A stretch of DNA of 64,000 nucleotides from the NCBI GenBank assembly GCA_030390025.1, contig CM059432.1:125304001-125368000 (forward strand), given 5' to 3'. Source of the stretch: Squalus acanthias (taxonomy: Eukaryota). The position numbers and the translations under genes are program-made. The notes beneath the pieces are model-generated. The model had not been told where the DNA came from. It did not search any database and worked only from the letters and a program-made list of their open reading frames with translations. Below, in pieces: positions 26,680 through 40,050 of the stretch (the stretch's first letter is position 1; each line of letters opens with the position of its first letter).

Positions 26680-28829
26680 ATTATAAAGTCACTGAAAATT
26701 TAATTATATCACTGAGGAGAAAATGTCGTCACTGAAAAGTGAGGCTGCTGTGACAAGCGTGTTAAGATTTACCATCACCCTGTGAAGTCTGAGGCAAACA
26801 CATCTAGCATCTACAGCTGCTGACGACGCAAACACACTGAGCCCACATGACACAAGTCAATTTAAAAGCAGCAAAGACATCTTTGTTGTATCTGTATTGT
26901 CTGGGCACATGGAAATAATGATTACATATTCCCAAGAAATGATTTAGCTGTGCTGTTGTGCCAGACAAGGAAGATTTGTACCCTAACTTTTCTGGAGATA
27001 TAAAAGTGGCCGCCTACACTCCACCATATTCACAAGGTGGCCCAGACTATGGGTTGTGTCTGAACTGGGGGTGGGAGAAGAATCGGAGAGATGACAACTT
27101 TAGGTTGGGAAGTGTAGCAGGGGCTTGCAATAGAGAGTGAGTGACTGTAGAAGGAAGGAGATTCCAGAGTCATTATTGCAAGTCATACCAGCTTTTATGG
27201 ACTCCGAATGCTTCCAGTTTTGTTTACTCAAGGTTCCATAGTGCGAGGGCACAAGTGCAACTCATGATTTGGAGCAAGATCAGGGAAATTTTCGCGGTTT
27301 ATACGGCAGAGAACCACACCATGCATGGAGTTTGGTCACTAGGACATCAGTGGAATCTGATGCTGACTACCGCTCCCCTTTAACTTTTGCCACGTTTGCT
27401 AGGGTGCGATCTCACTGCCTAGGCTGAGAATGAAATAACTCATTCACGTGAAAGGCTCCTGTTTAATGAGAAAAAAAATCTAGTCAAAGACTGACATGTG
27501 TGTCTCTTTGGAACTTGTTTTGAGCCAAAGTCCATTTTTATTTTAAGATTTGGTTCCCATCACTGAAATGAATGGTGGAACAGAAAATAGCTAAATGTGG
27601 AAAAGTAATTACAAAAAACACACACAGACTGACTTAATTTTGGTGTACAAATGTTAGATATAAATACTCCAGAATACACTGACGCCATGCCATTCCCCTC
27701 TCCCCCACTCCTGCTTTCCACTAGCCCTCTTGCTCCCAATCACATCCCTACCCACTACTGTTGCCACGACCCCTATACCAATAGTTCCTCACTCAGAACC
27801 CCTCTCCTATGCTTTTGCACCATGTCATCTGCCCATATCCTCCCCTCACCACCTCAGAACATCCATTCACCTGCTCCCTGTCCAATTGCCCACTTCTCCC
27901 CTCCAGCAGGCTGAACTCCAGTAAGAAACTATCTGCAAAACTTTAATACATTATAGGGACATACATTTCATGTTGCATTTTTGGATGCACAAGAAAACAT
28001 ATTTTTGTTCACTTGCAATAAAAACAAAATGCCTTGATGTTAAAATGATGACAGAGTAAATGTGCCCCAATCAGGTAAACATCTTGCCTGGCAAGTTGAG
28101 ATTCCATGCTGGCAGTGGGCCAGTGAGTTCTCCGCCTAGGAATCTTTTGTTGTTTCAGTTGAGAGACAAGGACAGAATTATTAAATAGTACTTTTTTGGG
28201 TGATGATTACAGAAAGAGAAAAATAGTGTGGGCAGAGGAAGAGAAATAGATGGGAATGATTTTGTTCCCCACACATTTTTCTCCACTCCCGAAGCCATTC
28301 ACTCTTTGCTAGGGTAGTTTCACTGGCACCAAGCAGTCTCCAGTATCTCATCCGAGTGGTCATTATTCATGTGTGAACCTAGACATTGAGTATCAGCACG
28401 CTACTTAACTGTGGGGGGAAATACTGATGAGCCTGGTTGTATCTTAACCGGACGTGCATACATGTGCAATCCTAGCAGAGGTTTGCTGCATGATTAGGAT
28501 CAGAAACTTCTCTACAACTTCCATCGTTTACTATAACCCAAAACCAGCAAAATCAACTGTGGGAGGGTGGACTACCTGCGATAGTTGTTACCCTCTTCCT
28601 CTGTATTTTCATGAAATACTCGAACTATTGGCACAATGAGAACAGAAACATATCATACAATGAGGGTGGTGAAGTTCAAATGATCATCAAGGCTTGAGTT
28701 TAAACTCTGGCCCTACAGTTAAAAGTCTAGCAACAAAAGAACTAAGAGTTTTATGGACTGTTATTTTATTTCTCCTTCCTTGGGTCACAAAATACTAATC
28801 ACATCAGACTGGGCAGTTGGCCTGCTCCT

Positions 28830-29320
28830 CACTGTAAAACTAGAGTGACTGTATTTTGTAAACCAAATCCGGGGAGACACAGGATGGGAGCACAGCAAAG
28901 TAGCCAGGACAGAAAATGCAGGTTGCGCTGCGTAGCGAGGCGAATTTTTGTGTTATTTTGATGCAAACTGAATCTGCAAGAAGCAGCGCCAGAACTTTCT
29001 GGCTGAATAATGCGGCCGCCGTGCACAGCATCTGCCAGCCGCGATCACCGGCTCCTCCCCCTCCTCACAGCCCAACGCACCCACACCATCCGAGGCCGCG
29101 GAGCGCACACTGATCCGGCTCCCAGGACATCCACGCGCCCCAGCTCCAGCTCATTGGTCCGGTTACCAGCGGCCCCCGTTACTTGGACATTTTGGCTTCA
29201 GGGTCGATTTCCCTTCAACCGAACTTCACAGGACTATCCGGGGGATTCAGTGGGGGGGGGGGGGGGGGGGGGCGTGGAGCATGTGTACTGCAGCCAGAGC
29301 GCGATCTCTGCATAAATTAA
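28830..29320 (-). promoter_or_regulatory. Small intronic CpG-rich island; possible alternative promoter or enhancer
   Basis: Local CpG enrichment without TIRs or recognisable repeat. Minus-strand CCAAT at 29153-29157, long G run at 29252-29272, weak donor ACA|GTGAGG near 28832. Confidence 0.4.
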
Positions 29321-31335
29321 AGTGCCTCAGTGAGTCCACACCTTCTACTGGTTGAAAACAGAAAGTTCCGGGACTGTCTCCAGAAAACAAGGACGTATGG
29401 TCACCCAACTGTAAAACCAATGCTGAGAACATGCAAAAAGGTTTATACTAATCCCACAAAGATCTGCGTGAATGGATACTCTCGTACTCCATGCTGCAAT
29501 TTTACTTGCAGCCTTGTCCCTTCAAAAAAAATTGTTTGAGTTAGAGTAGAGCTCCACATTGGGGCAACCAATTAACACCAAGTAGGAAACTTGATTCCTC
29601 ACTGCCACCAGCATTCCCCCACCCACCCTGACCCAGTTGTTGCTCTGAGATATGTCAAGTCCTGTTCTGCGGTACATCAGGTGGGAAGTGATGGCCAGAG
29701 GGGATTGAAAATCAAACAGGAATGATTTAACTTGACAACACTTTGCACCTAGCAACTGACCACGACATTGAAGGTGCCACCATGGAAATGAATAATGCAG
29801 AGTATTAATTTAGAAATATTAAAACAAGAAAAAGCCAATCAGGCCATCCAGCTCAAATTATCCGTGTTCTATTTCAGGATGTGAATTGATCACTTTTTCT
29901 TTCCTCTGCCAATTTTCCTCTTTCCCCTCCTTTCTTGGGACTAGGCACCTTCCAGTAAATCAACCAAGTAGCCATTATTTATACGTGAACACCAATGGGC
30001 TAGTGAACTACAGTGGGCATCACAATCAAGCCAATCATGTACTCACCCAACCTCCACACACATGCATAGTCAGCAGGGATCACAAGATTGTGATCAGGCG
30101 CATTAGACCAGTCATTGAACCTGCAACCTCTCATGTATATGGCTCAAGTACTTGCTGGATAAACTTGGTGACTGATCTGACCACGTTTTAACCTTTTTTC
30201 TATCCCAAAAGCATGTCTGCTCTGCTCTTTGCTGAATCGGGAATTTAATGAACAGCGCACATCTGCATTTGGTTCTGTGATCCTAAAATATAATCCTGTG
30301 CGTTTCTAAGTGCAGAATGTTGTTATATATCCAGGTATAGAATTTTCTTTCAACCTTTTTAACTTTACGAGGAGGATTTTTTTTCCCAACTAGAACTTTT
30401 TTAAAGTCTGGTTTGTTTTTAACATTAAAGTTGAACTGGATCTGTACATGCAACAATTATTGTTTATAGTTATTAAAAATAGAACTTGCTTGTATCACAT
30501 TTATACCTCGTGACTTGTTAGTCATTTACAAAGCCCTATTAGGAACTGTAAACTTACTAAATGGAATTGTAGGTGTTGATTTTGAATACGCATACATATC
30601 TCAGCATTTACAATTGCAACACAATGCAACTTTGTTCACTGAAGCACTTCTGATTTTTTTGTCTGGCGGTTTATGCAGGGCGTGAAAAGTTACAGATGCC
30701 TCATGTACAACTGGTGTGCATTAGGCGGAACTATAAAACTAATTGCAGTTATTCGCTATCACCAAAGAGTACTTACATAACTATAGATCTATGTAACAGA
30801 GCAAGTATGGGGAGCAGGAAACAGAAAGAAGCCTTGGTAGCAGCAAACATATTTTCTAGGTCACAGCTTGACAAGTCCCAACATGATTAATCAAATTCTA
30901 ACTACAAATTGAGGAACTGGTGGCGAGAAATATTTTAATAGGCCCTTGTGTGGGAGTATTGTATTTATACAATGAGTGCTGAGAAATGTCAGGACTTTGA
31001 TGGTATTTAAACATTTTATTTTTTTTAAGTTCAGCTTGTAGATACTTATTTCCTTGGAAGAAAAGCAATGCCCAATAGTCCAGAGGTGCAGCCCCATATA
31101 CATCATGACCATAATTCAAGTGGTGTCACAATTCGACATGCTGTGATATTTAATGTGCTGTAAACTGAATTCAATTGCCATGCATCACACTAGAAACACT
31201 TTTGTCAGAGTTATTTCTAAAATCACAACACCTGCAAAACCACAAACAGCTTTATGATATTTACTGTTAAATACATACCTAGCAGGGAGATTTTACCTGA
31301 CCAATGACACTGTTGAGCAACTATACATTTGGGGT

Positions 31336-31562
31336 AACAACAGAAAACGCTGGAAAAACTCAGCAGGCCAGGCAGCATCCGTAGAGAGAGAAAGAGAGTT
31401 GACGTTTCAGGTCGATGACCTTTCATCAGTTCTGATGAAAGGTCATCGACCTGAAACGTCAACTCTCTTTCTCTCTCTACGGATGCTGCCTGGCCTGCTG
31501 AGTTTTTCCAGCGTTTTCTGTTGTTATTTCGGATTTCCAGCATCTGCAGTATTTTGCTATCG
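31336..31562. mobile_element. Palindromic Penelope-like retroelement remnant carrying hammerhead motifs
   Basis: Perfect 95-bp inverted repeat (31335-31429 / 31432-31526, spacer TT) plus a short tail. 14-bp TSD TATACATTTGGGGT (31322-31335, 31563-31576). Confidence 0.8.
31428..31464 (+). ncRNA. Minimal type I hammerhead ribozyme motif
   Basis: AGTT-CTGATGA-A-AGGTC(ATC)GACCT-GAAAC-GTC-AACT: conserved CUGAUGA and GAAA boxes, helix II, helix I AGUU/AACU, loop-less helix III and a GUC triplet. Confidence 0.75.
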
Positions 31563-31580
31563 TATACATTTGGGGTGTTA

Positions 31581-32040
31581 GTGTCAGCCGTGGCTCAGTT
31601 GGTAGCACCCTTGCCTCAGTCAGGAGGTTGTGGGTTCAAGTCCCACTCCAGAGACTTGAGCACAAAAATCTAGGCTGACAGTCCAGTACAGTACTGAGGG
31701 AGTGCTACACTGTCTGAGGTGCCGTCTTTCGGATGAGACGTTAAACCGAGGCCCCGTCTGCTCTCTCAGGTGGACATAAAAGATCCCATGGCACTATTTC
31801 GAAGAACAGCAGGGGAGTTCTCCCCGGTGTCCTGGCCAATATTTATCCCTCAATCAACATCACAAACAGATTATCTGGTAGTTATCACATTGCTGTTTGT
31901 GGGAGCTTGCTGTGCGCAAATTGGCTGCTGCGTTTCCTACCTTAAAACAGTGACTACACTTCAAAAATTACTTCATTAGCTGTAAAGCGCTTTGGGGCAG
32001 CTGGTGGTCGTGAAAGGCGCTATAGAAATGCAAGTCTCTC
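31581..32040 (+). mobile_element. tRNA-headed Deu-domain SINE (SacSINE1/AmnSINE1-like), full length
   Basis: A box TGGCTCAGTTGG, B box GGTTCAAGTCC, central domain ...ATTGCTGTTTGTGGGAGCTTGCTGTGCGCAAATTGGCTGC..., L2-like tail AAAGGCGCTATAGAAATGCAAGT. Family name is from memory. Confidence 0.85.
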
Positions 32041-32859
32041 TTTATACTTTTAACAATAGAAGAGAGCTTCTTGATAGTGCAGCAAGTTTATCCATTGAGT
32101 ATCTGAATTATACAGATCAAAAAATCCCAAGTTTCATCCCCAGCCCATTCTCAACCAAGGCAATGGTAGGGGAGCTACAACTGACATCAATAGCACTGGC
32201 GTAGGAAAGGTAAAAGAAATGTACAGCATTCCTGCCAATGTTCCTCCTAATTTTTTTGGCGGCTGCATGGCCCAACGTTTCACGCATGCGCGGGATTTCA
32301 CGTTGGAAAAGCCAGTCCTGGGCTGTGCGGGATCTCAGCAGTGGAGGCAAAAAACCTAGAACCATTTAGGAACCAATTGGATGCTGCAATGAAGGGGGTT
32401 TGAGTCATTCTGGATGGAAGAGGAGCTGAATGGTCTTCTGCATCTGTAATTATCAAATTATTTTGTGAACCTGCCAACACTCATTTCCAAGGTTCACACA
32501 TGAATAATGGTTGCTTGGCTAAGGTACAAGTGAGTGATTCACGCCTGCAGAACCATATCCCAAGTGAGGAGTCAATGTCTTCCAGAAAAGGTCGACAAGA
32601 CAATATGCACTCTTCCCATCACCCAGGAATCACTGTGTCCCATGAGCTTATTTGATACTCTGAATCTATACTTATCCCTATGACCTTTAATCCAATTCCC
32701 AATCAGATATTTTTCCACATTTCTAAGGAGCTAATCAACTGCTTTGTGCATATCTACTGTGCAAAACTGTAGTCACTGCAAGACATACAACAGCTTGCTT
32801 TAATATGGTAATGAATAGCCCAGCACATTTTATTCAGAAACGTTATTATAAGCCTAGTC

Positions 32860-33463
32860 AATAAAATTACACATTCCGATCGATATTGGGCGTCAGGCCT
32901 CATTTTACTAAGACCGGCAAGCTGCAGACGCCTACCATGCATTACCAGTCAGCTCGCCGGTGAAGAGTGGATGACTGTCGGGCCACTGAAATGCTGGCAG
33001 CAGCCCTCAGATAGGTCCTGGGAGTGGGAGACGATTGGAGTGGGGGGGTGGACAGTGAGAGCTAGCAGCGGCCCGTGGCACTGCTGTGGAAGCATTCTGC
33101 TCCTCCTGGCTTCACATTCAAGCAAGTTTTTAAAATGTTTAAAGTCAAAAACGTACCTGCTCTTCAGCCCTTTAAGGACCACTGGCTAGGCTGCTGTAGA
33201 ACTGCAAGACAAGCTCTGCATAGTTGTTGATCAATTTGGGAAAAAGGTCCTAATACAGGCTTAAGGCCCATTATTAGCAGATTGAAGGAGCCCAACACCT
33301 GTTTTAGGCTAATGCCAGTGACGCCTCTACAGCGCCCGAACTAATATGACATTGGATATGTTTCTGACACTGTTCGGGTGTGGGACGTCGGTCCCCTAAA
33401 TAGGACCTCGATGTCCCCATTTTCTGCCTGGCAAAAGGGCGTAATGAGGTCCAATTTTGCCCC
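32860..33463. mobile_element. Degenerate MITE-like element
   Basis: GC-richer block ending CCAATTTTGCCCC, similar to the TIR family of the 1.2 kb element. Left TIR not found. Confidence 0.35.
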
Positions 33464-35439
33464 TAAAATTCATTACAGTACCACTAAAATCTCAGCTTCT
33501 AAGCAATCATAAACTTGGAAGCATTACTCCTCAGATTAAAGTTAATTAGCCTGAATGTGTTTGCAAGGTGGCTCATGGCCCACAAACATGTGGTCACATA
33601 AAGCTTAAGCATTTTAGTTCCTGCCCGTTACTTCATCTGTAAATCATGCAAAAAGCAAGTAAACAACTCACTATCATATTTGTTACAAGCAAAACAAAAG
33701 CTACAGGATGACTATGAAGCCATATGACGTAGTAATCCCTCAGGAACCAAGCAATTTTGTGTTTCATTTTACACAAGCTTAAAAAAAGGTGTTTTAGACA
33801 GGGCTCATCTCTGCAGATTCAAGGCACTGCCTGAAAAAAAGCTTGAGTTTTCTCCCTTCTCTCCCAAAAACATTGTTCACTGAAAGCAAAGACCTTGGAC
33901 GGGTCTGCCCCATTACAAAGAATTAGCCAAAAGGTTCACATGTTCTCTCATCTTAACTTCTACTTGTGCTCAGGTACAGTATAAAATAAACTGTATACAT
34001 TACTGCTCAACAATTTCGATCAAACCCTTTAGCATCTCTGCACCAATGAAGAGTTATCTAGCACTATTTCAATAACAACTTCCGAGATCTGCAAAAGACC
34101 AGTAAAAAATTAAGGTAGTGACTCAAACTGCAACTAAATTTTGGTTGAATAGCAATAATGGACTCTACATGCACTATACCAGGAAACCGAGGACAGCAAA
34201 ACAATCGAAAACTCAGACCAATGCATGCCTATGTCTTAAAGTACAAGCAGTCTTCTATTATTTAACAGCTGGCTTGAATCATCTAAAACTACAGGATTCA
34301 GATGAGCTTTGCTCTTGTGGTGCATGACATCATCTGAATCACTTCATTGTGTTGCAGCTGTACAAGCACCCAAACCAGCTATTATTCTTTATTTGAAACA
34401 CATGCAAAGCTACACATTTAGTGAAATGTCAAAATGTTTAATTGTTGTTAACAGCAATGTAAAGACATGGAGGCATATTGGGAGAGCTCAAGAAGTCATG
34501 TTGGAAAATAGGCTGACGGGAGTTAAACATCATGTCACATCCATAAAGTTCTCAGGTGCCGCCAAAAGACTTTTGCCTGAACGGGGATTTTTGCCAGTTA
34601 TGTTGCAAATTCATTGTTTAGCTGAATAATGATCAAGCCTGAAATAGTTACTAATTAAATTCCAGATTTCAAAAATTCAACATAAATTCAAAATCATTTT
34701 ATATTCTACACATCTCCTTTCAATACTTCGACCTTCTGCTCGAGGCTAAGGCATGCCTTCCATATAAGGAATCCAGCAGTTGTGAAATCTCAGCCCTGCA
34801 AACTGCTTAAAATAGGACTAGTCTTTAACACGACCATATCAGATGGGGCTCTTCATCCAGATGTTCACTGCTCTGTGCATCGCCAGCAATTTGTTCTTGT
34901 ATCCAATATTTATGTTTCCCATCCCAATATATATAATCTTAGAGTGGTACAAGAGGGGAGGAAAATGTTGCGACAGTGAACAGACTGGTTAACAGAAAAA
35001 TCCAAAGCTTAATGCCACTACTTTTCTTTGTTTGGAAAATAACAGGAAAAAAATACAAATACAGGATATCAGAAAGAAAAACCAATTGTTGGAAATGCAC
35101 AGATCAGTCAGCATCCAGAGAAGCTCTCAACTGAAATGTGGACCATTAAAGACTGGCCCTATTTTAAAACCTTTGCAGGCCTCAGATTTCACAACTACTG
35201 GATTCCTTATATGGAGAGCATGCCATGGCCTCAAGCAGAAGGTAAAAATATTCTCAAAACAAACACATTCGTAAGTGAGCAAGACCAGACAACCCACAAA
35301 CAGCTCTTCCACATTGAAATATTGCTAATGTGCTACTTAACATCAGAGTGTATATACTTTGTGCTTTTGCTTATAGCATAAAGTACTCAAAAATATTTTC
35401 CTACTGCTGACATTCCTTGCAATAAGGGAAGTCGTCCAA

Positions 35440-36018
35440 GAACATAAGAATTAAGAGCAGGAGTAGGCCATACGGCCCCTCGAGCCTGCTCCGCCATTCA
35501 ATACGATCATGGCTGATCATCGACCTCAACTCCACATTCCCGCCCGATCTCCATATCCCTTGATTCCCCTAGAGTCCAAAAATCTATCTATCTCAGCTTT
35601 GAATATACTCAAAGGCTCGGCATTCACAGCCCTCTGGGGCAGAGAATTCCAAAGATTTACAACCCTCTGAGTGAATAAATTCCTCCTCATCTCAGTCTTA
35701 AATGGCCTACCCCTTATCCTGAGACTATGCCCCCTAGTTCTAGACACTCCAGCCAGGGGAAACAACCTCAGCATCTACCCTGTCAATCCCTTTCAGAATC
35801 TTGTATGTTTCAATGAGATCACCTCTCATTCTTCTAAACTCCACAGAGTATAGGCCCATTCTGCACAATCTCTCATCATAGGACAGCCCTCTCATCCCAG
35901 GAATCAATCTAGTGAACCTTCGTTGCACCGCATCCAAGGCAAGTGTATCCTTCCTTAGATAAGGAGACCCAAACTGTGTACAGTACTCCAGGTGTGGTCT
36001 CACTAAGGCCCTGTACAA
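35440..36018 (-). mobile_element. CR1 LINE 3' fragment
   Basis: LYRALVRPHLEYC...RRMRGDLIETYKILKG and 3' UTR. Confidence 0.92.
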
Positions 36019-36780
36019 TGACTCCTTGCCCTTATGGGGAACCCCTCGCCTACATCCCATGTCTCTTGCGGACAAAAAAAGCTAACAGTGCGAGTCTCAC
36101 ATACCCAAGTCAGAGCCCTGACAATCTGAGATAGTGCGTGCAAAAGCAGCAAGCCTGGACCACCAGACTGCTGTGCAGCTGTTTTTAAACTTAAATGGTC
36201 ATGGATTGGCAATGGCAATAGGATTCTGGAGAAAAAAAAGGCACCAGATGGTTGAACAATTGACTGAAATTATGTCATGCCAATAGCAGTACAATAAACA
36301 TCTATTGATCTATCTTAAATATGTGGCTTAAATCAAATTTACAATATAAAAGTAATTCATTACATTTCAGGTATTTATAAAATGTATCTTTTTCTACATG
36401 ATGGCAGTTTAATTTACTAATAAAACAGTTATTTTGCAACAGACACCTATATTTAAAATACCTTGCAGTCTTTAATATGAAATTAACTTGTGTAGATCTA
36501 ACAGAACAAGACAATTCAGCTTAACAACATTAAGATGTTTATTTTTAAGATCATTGGTCTTTGTGAAAACTATAAAATGATTTTTTTTTTATAAATGGAA
36601 CCAGTATTTAATATCAGTTGACAGCAATGACATAGAAAGCATTATTTCCTGGTAATCAACAGCACATGAACACTTAATAATTTATAGCAATTATATCATA
36701 TTAAAACCTCCTCCAATTTAGACCCCATCATACAACATCTAGATGGTATCCTGCCTAATGATTATAGGCAGGGCACTGCA

Positions 36781-37082
36781 AGAAAGAATGAACTTGCATT
36801 TATATAGCACCTTTCACAACCTCAGGATGTCCCAAAGTGCTTCACAGCCAATGCAGTACTCTTGAAATGTAGACACTGCTGTAATGTAGGGAAACGCAGC
36901 AGCCAGATTGTACACAGCAAGCGGTCACAAACAGCAGACCAGATAATCTGTTTTCAGTGATGTTGATTGAGGGATAAATGCTGGCCAGGATACCTAGAGA
37001 ACACTCCTGCTCTTCGAATTGTGCTCTGGGTTCTTTTATGCCCACCCAAAAAAAGACAGGACCTCAGATTAATGTCTCATCT
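36781..37082 (-). mobile_element. 5'-truncated Deu-domain SINE
   Basis: Reverse-complement match to the 3' part of 31581-32040. Confidence 0.8.
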
Positions 37083-37655
37083 CTTGACGATGATTGAATT
37101 CAATTTTTATTATGTAGGATTCAGGATTTGTACTGGTATTTAGGAACACACTGCTATTCTGTCCAATTTCCCTTGAAAACCAAGCCATTGGTCTTGATTA
37201 TATGTACTTTCACATTTCCATAGGTAGTCTGGAGGAGCAGCACCCAAACAAAGACTCTGAACCTCCATACATCACTTTTCTTTATAGCTCCAATCAAGCA
37301 CCGTTGGAGACCCATGGTTCCCATAGGTAAATGTGAGGGAATCTAGCCGTGTAGGTTTTGGATTGCGACCCATACAGTAGGGCATTCAAAGGTAGTAAGT
37401 AACGCCATCTGCCATCAATTACACTCCTCCATTGTAAAAAAAAAAGCCGCAAGACAACATCCCCTAACAAAAACAAGAAAATGGCTGGGTTCTTACTGCA
37501 GTGCTGAAAGTCAGCATTCATTATTAGTGGCAAATCCGGGTCTGCAGCAATAGAGTATGATAGCCCCAAAACACCACAACGCACGGTCTAAGCTCTCTAC
37601 CAATTCAGCAATGTGGTCCCCATACAGTAGGACCTGAGGGTGAAGCGAGAAAGAA

Positions 37656-38320
37656 CTCTTTACTAAATATCCTTGTGCAATGCCAAGGACATCAACAAGT
37701 ACATTATAAAAAAGATATACTGTACTAGTAATTTCTAAGTTGTTACGGCTCAGAACCAAGAAATTAAAATCAGTGCGATAGTTTCCATTTCGCACATCAG
37801 CCACCTTTATGGCCTGAATGAGTGGAGAAATGCAGTCCCATTTTTGTCAGCATTTTTTTCTTTAGGCCTAAGCCCTCAAGGTCAGTTTGCAACATTTACT
37901 TAACAGAGAAAAACAGCTTTTATCCCACCAGCCAGCGTAAGATCTGAATCCACACTTATCAAAAACTGAGAGTGGGGGGGGGGGTCATCATCAACTACAG
38001 GAAATGTATTCCACAACAAACTAAAGTGCATTATGAAAAGGATTCTGACGTGAACTCAAGATTTTCTCCTGGCTGGTGGGATAAAAGCCTATTTTCTCTG
38101 TTATTAAGTAAATGTGGGCAGTCTTAACTAAGGGAGCTTAGGCCCACATCATTGCTTGACTTACTCAGGACATAAAAGGTGACTAACGTGGGAAATGGAA
38201 ACCATCACACTGATTTTCATTTCTTGGTTCCAAGCCATAACAACTTAGAAATAACTCGCATGTGCTTTTTGTATAATGTACTTGTAGATATCCTGTTGCA
38301 CAAGGATATTAAGTAAAGGG
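37656..38320. repeat. Long degenerate inverted repeat (fold-back element)
   Basis: Arm 37656-37935 is the reverse complement of 38069-38320 (e.g. AATATCCTTGTGCAA/TTGCACAAGGATATT, GCTTTTATCCCACCAGCCAG/CTGGCTGGTGGGATAAAAGC). Spacer is 133 bp. Confidence 0.88.
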
Positions 38321-39269
38321 TTTAGTACTCAAGGTCTTTCTCTCATGTTTCTTTCCTCACCTCCAACTCACTGTATGTGAATACTAAGAATCTGAAATAG
38401 AAACAAATGCTGGAATTACACAACAGGTCATTTAGCATCCGAAACAGAAACAACGGTTAATGTTTTGGGTGGGACGCTACAGACTGAAGTGCACTGTTGT
38501 GGGGATCAACAAAAGCAATTTCCTCAGCCACTCCTACTTCTGGGTAGCAACAACCCAATGCTAACTTGCGATTTCAATCAACAGTTTCCACTTACTGCTG
38601 ACTTCATGCCACGAACAGCTTAAGCTCAGCTCTTTCCAAACAAATTCTACAGCTCTGTTTTTAAGGTTAATGACATTCATAGCAACTACCCTGGACAATT
38701 TTCCATAATACTCTTTTATGACGCAGCTATTCATTGTCACTTTCAATTTACCAGATAGGAACATGAGAACAAACACAATGGAACAACAGGATTTTACTCT
38801 CGACATAATGTAGCTTTTCTCAGTAAAAAAAAAATCTGTAAAATTTAACTGCTTTGCAACAAACTCGTTGTTAAACCAGAGAAAGAAAACAGCTGATTTT
38901 AGATAGATGACTGTGATATCTTCCAACATACACATTTGCCTCAGATAGTGTATAAATTCTTGGCTAACTGTGCAATCTATAGTTCCTGGCTAGCAATGGT
39001 TATAGTTATGGATAATTCATTACCAGCAGCTTCTCTGGCAAGTTTGTAGAATGAGATGCTCAGTTAAACAGAAGAGAATCCTTCTACAATAAATGCTTAC
39101 AGAAAATATTTGCTGGCATGCAACACCATCAGTGTCACGCTTGCTGGGTTTGCAATTATATAGGGCTTGATTAGTTTAGTTTCTTTACAGGAGCTTGAGG
39201 CCAATAGCATCCTTTTGGTTAAACTGTAGGAAAGAATGATAGCAAAAGACAGGCAGATTTACATACACA

Positions 39270-39375
39270 ATGACCCCTAGTTCTAGACTCTCCAGACAGG
39301 GGAAACAGCCTCTCAGTGTCTACCCTGCCAAGCCCTCTAAGAATTTTATACATTTCAATGAGATCATCTCATTCT
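39270..39375 (-). mobile_element. Short internal CR1 fragment
   Basis: Matches 19640-19755 and 35730-35830 by eye. Confidence 0.75.
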
Positions 39376-40050
39376 TGCGCAAATGTATAATAGGCTGTAA
39401 AAAATACAATTAAACTCAAGACGAACAGAATTGAGTTTTTCACCCCTGTCCAATTTTCTAGTGTATTGAAGGTTGTTATGTAAACCTGAAGTGATGATAA
39501 CATGCAATAAATCGGAAGGAAATAAAAAGGGTACTATCAAATCAGAAAGGAGTGCCAAATGTACTTAAAAGAATGAGGACCTTTTTCTAAAGTGATAAAG
39601 AAATAGTGTCTCTAGAACCTCAAGAAAAACAGTTTATAAGAATGAGCAAATCTGATTACCAATGCTGCATTCTAAAGGGATGTGGCTTGGAAGAAAACCT
39701 GCAGGAATGAAAACCAGTACAAAAATCATTGTAAACTATATTACTTTCAGCCTTTTAGTTGTGCCCCCTTTACTTCTGGTTATGAAAAAGATCTTCATGA
39801 CCTACAATCTTCTGTTGAACAGTCATAACAGTAAGTACTAAATCATGAGTAAGGTTTCAGAGAGAGATTAGGTCAGATTACAATTTTATTGAACAGCCAC
39901 CAGCACTGTCGCCCAAGACAGTCCCAACACCTCAAAGCATTCCCACAAACATCAAAAAGGCACACCTGTCAGAGGTTTTAACCCATTAAGCAAACTACAG
40001 TTTACTCCTATTAATTCAAAGCAATTTCTTGCATAAAACTATTCAAATTA

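Noticed and set aside
31581..31660. Possible tRNA gene (also at the other SINE heads)
   Set aside because: A and B boxes run directly into a SINE body repeated many times in the window, with no complete cloverleaf.
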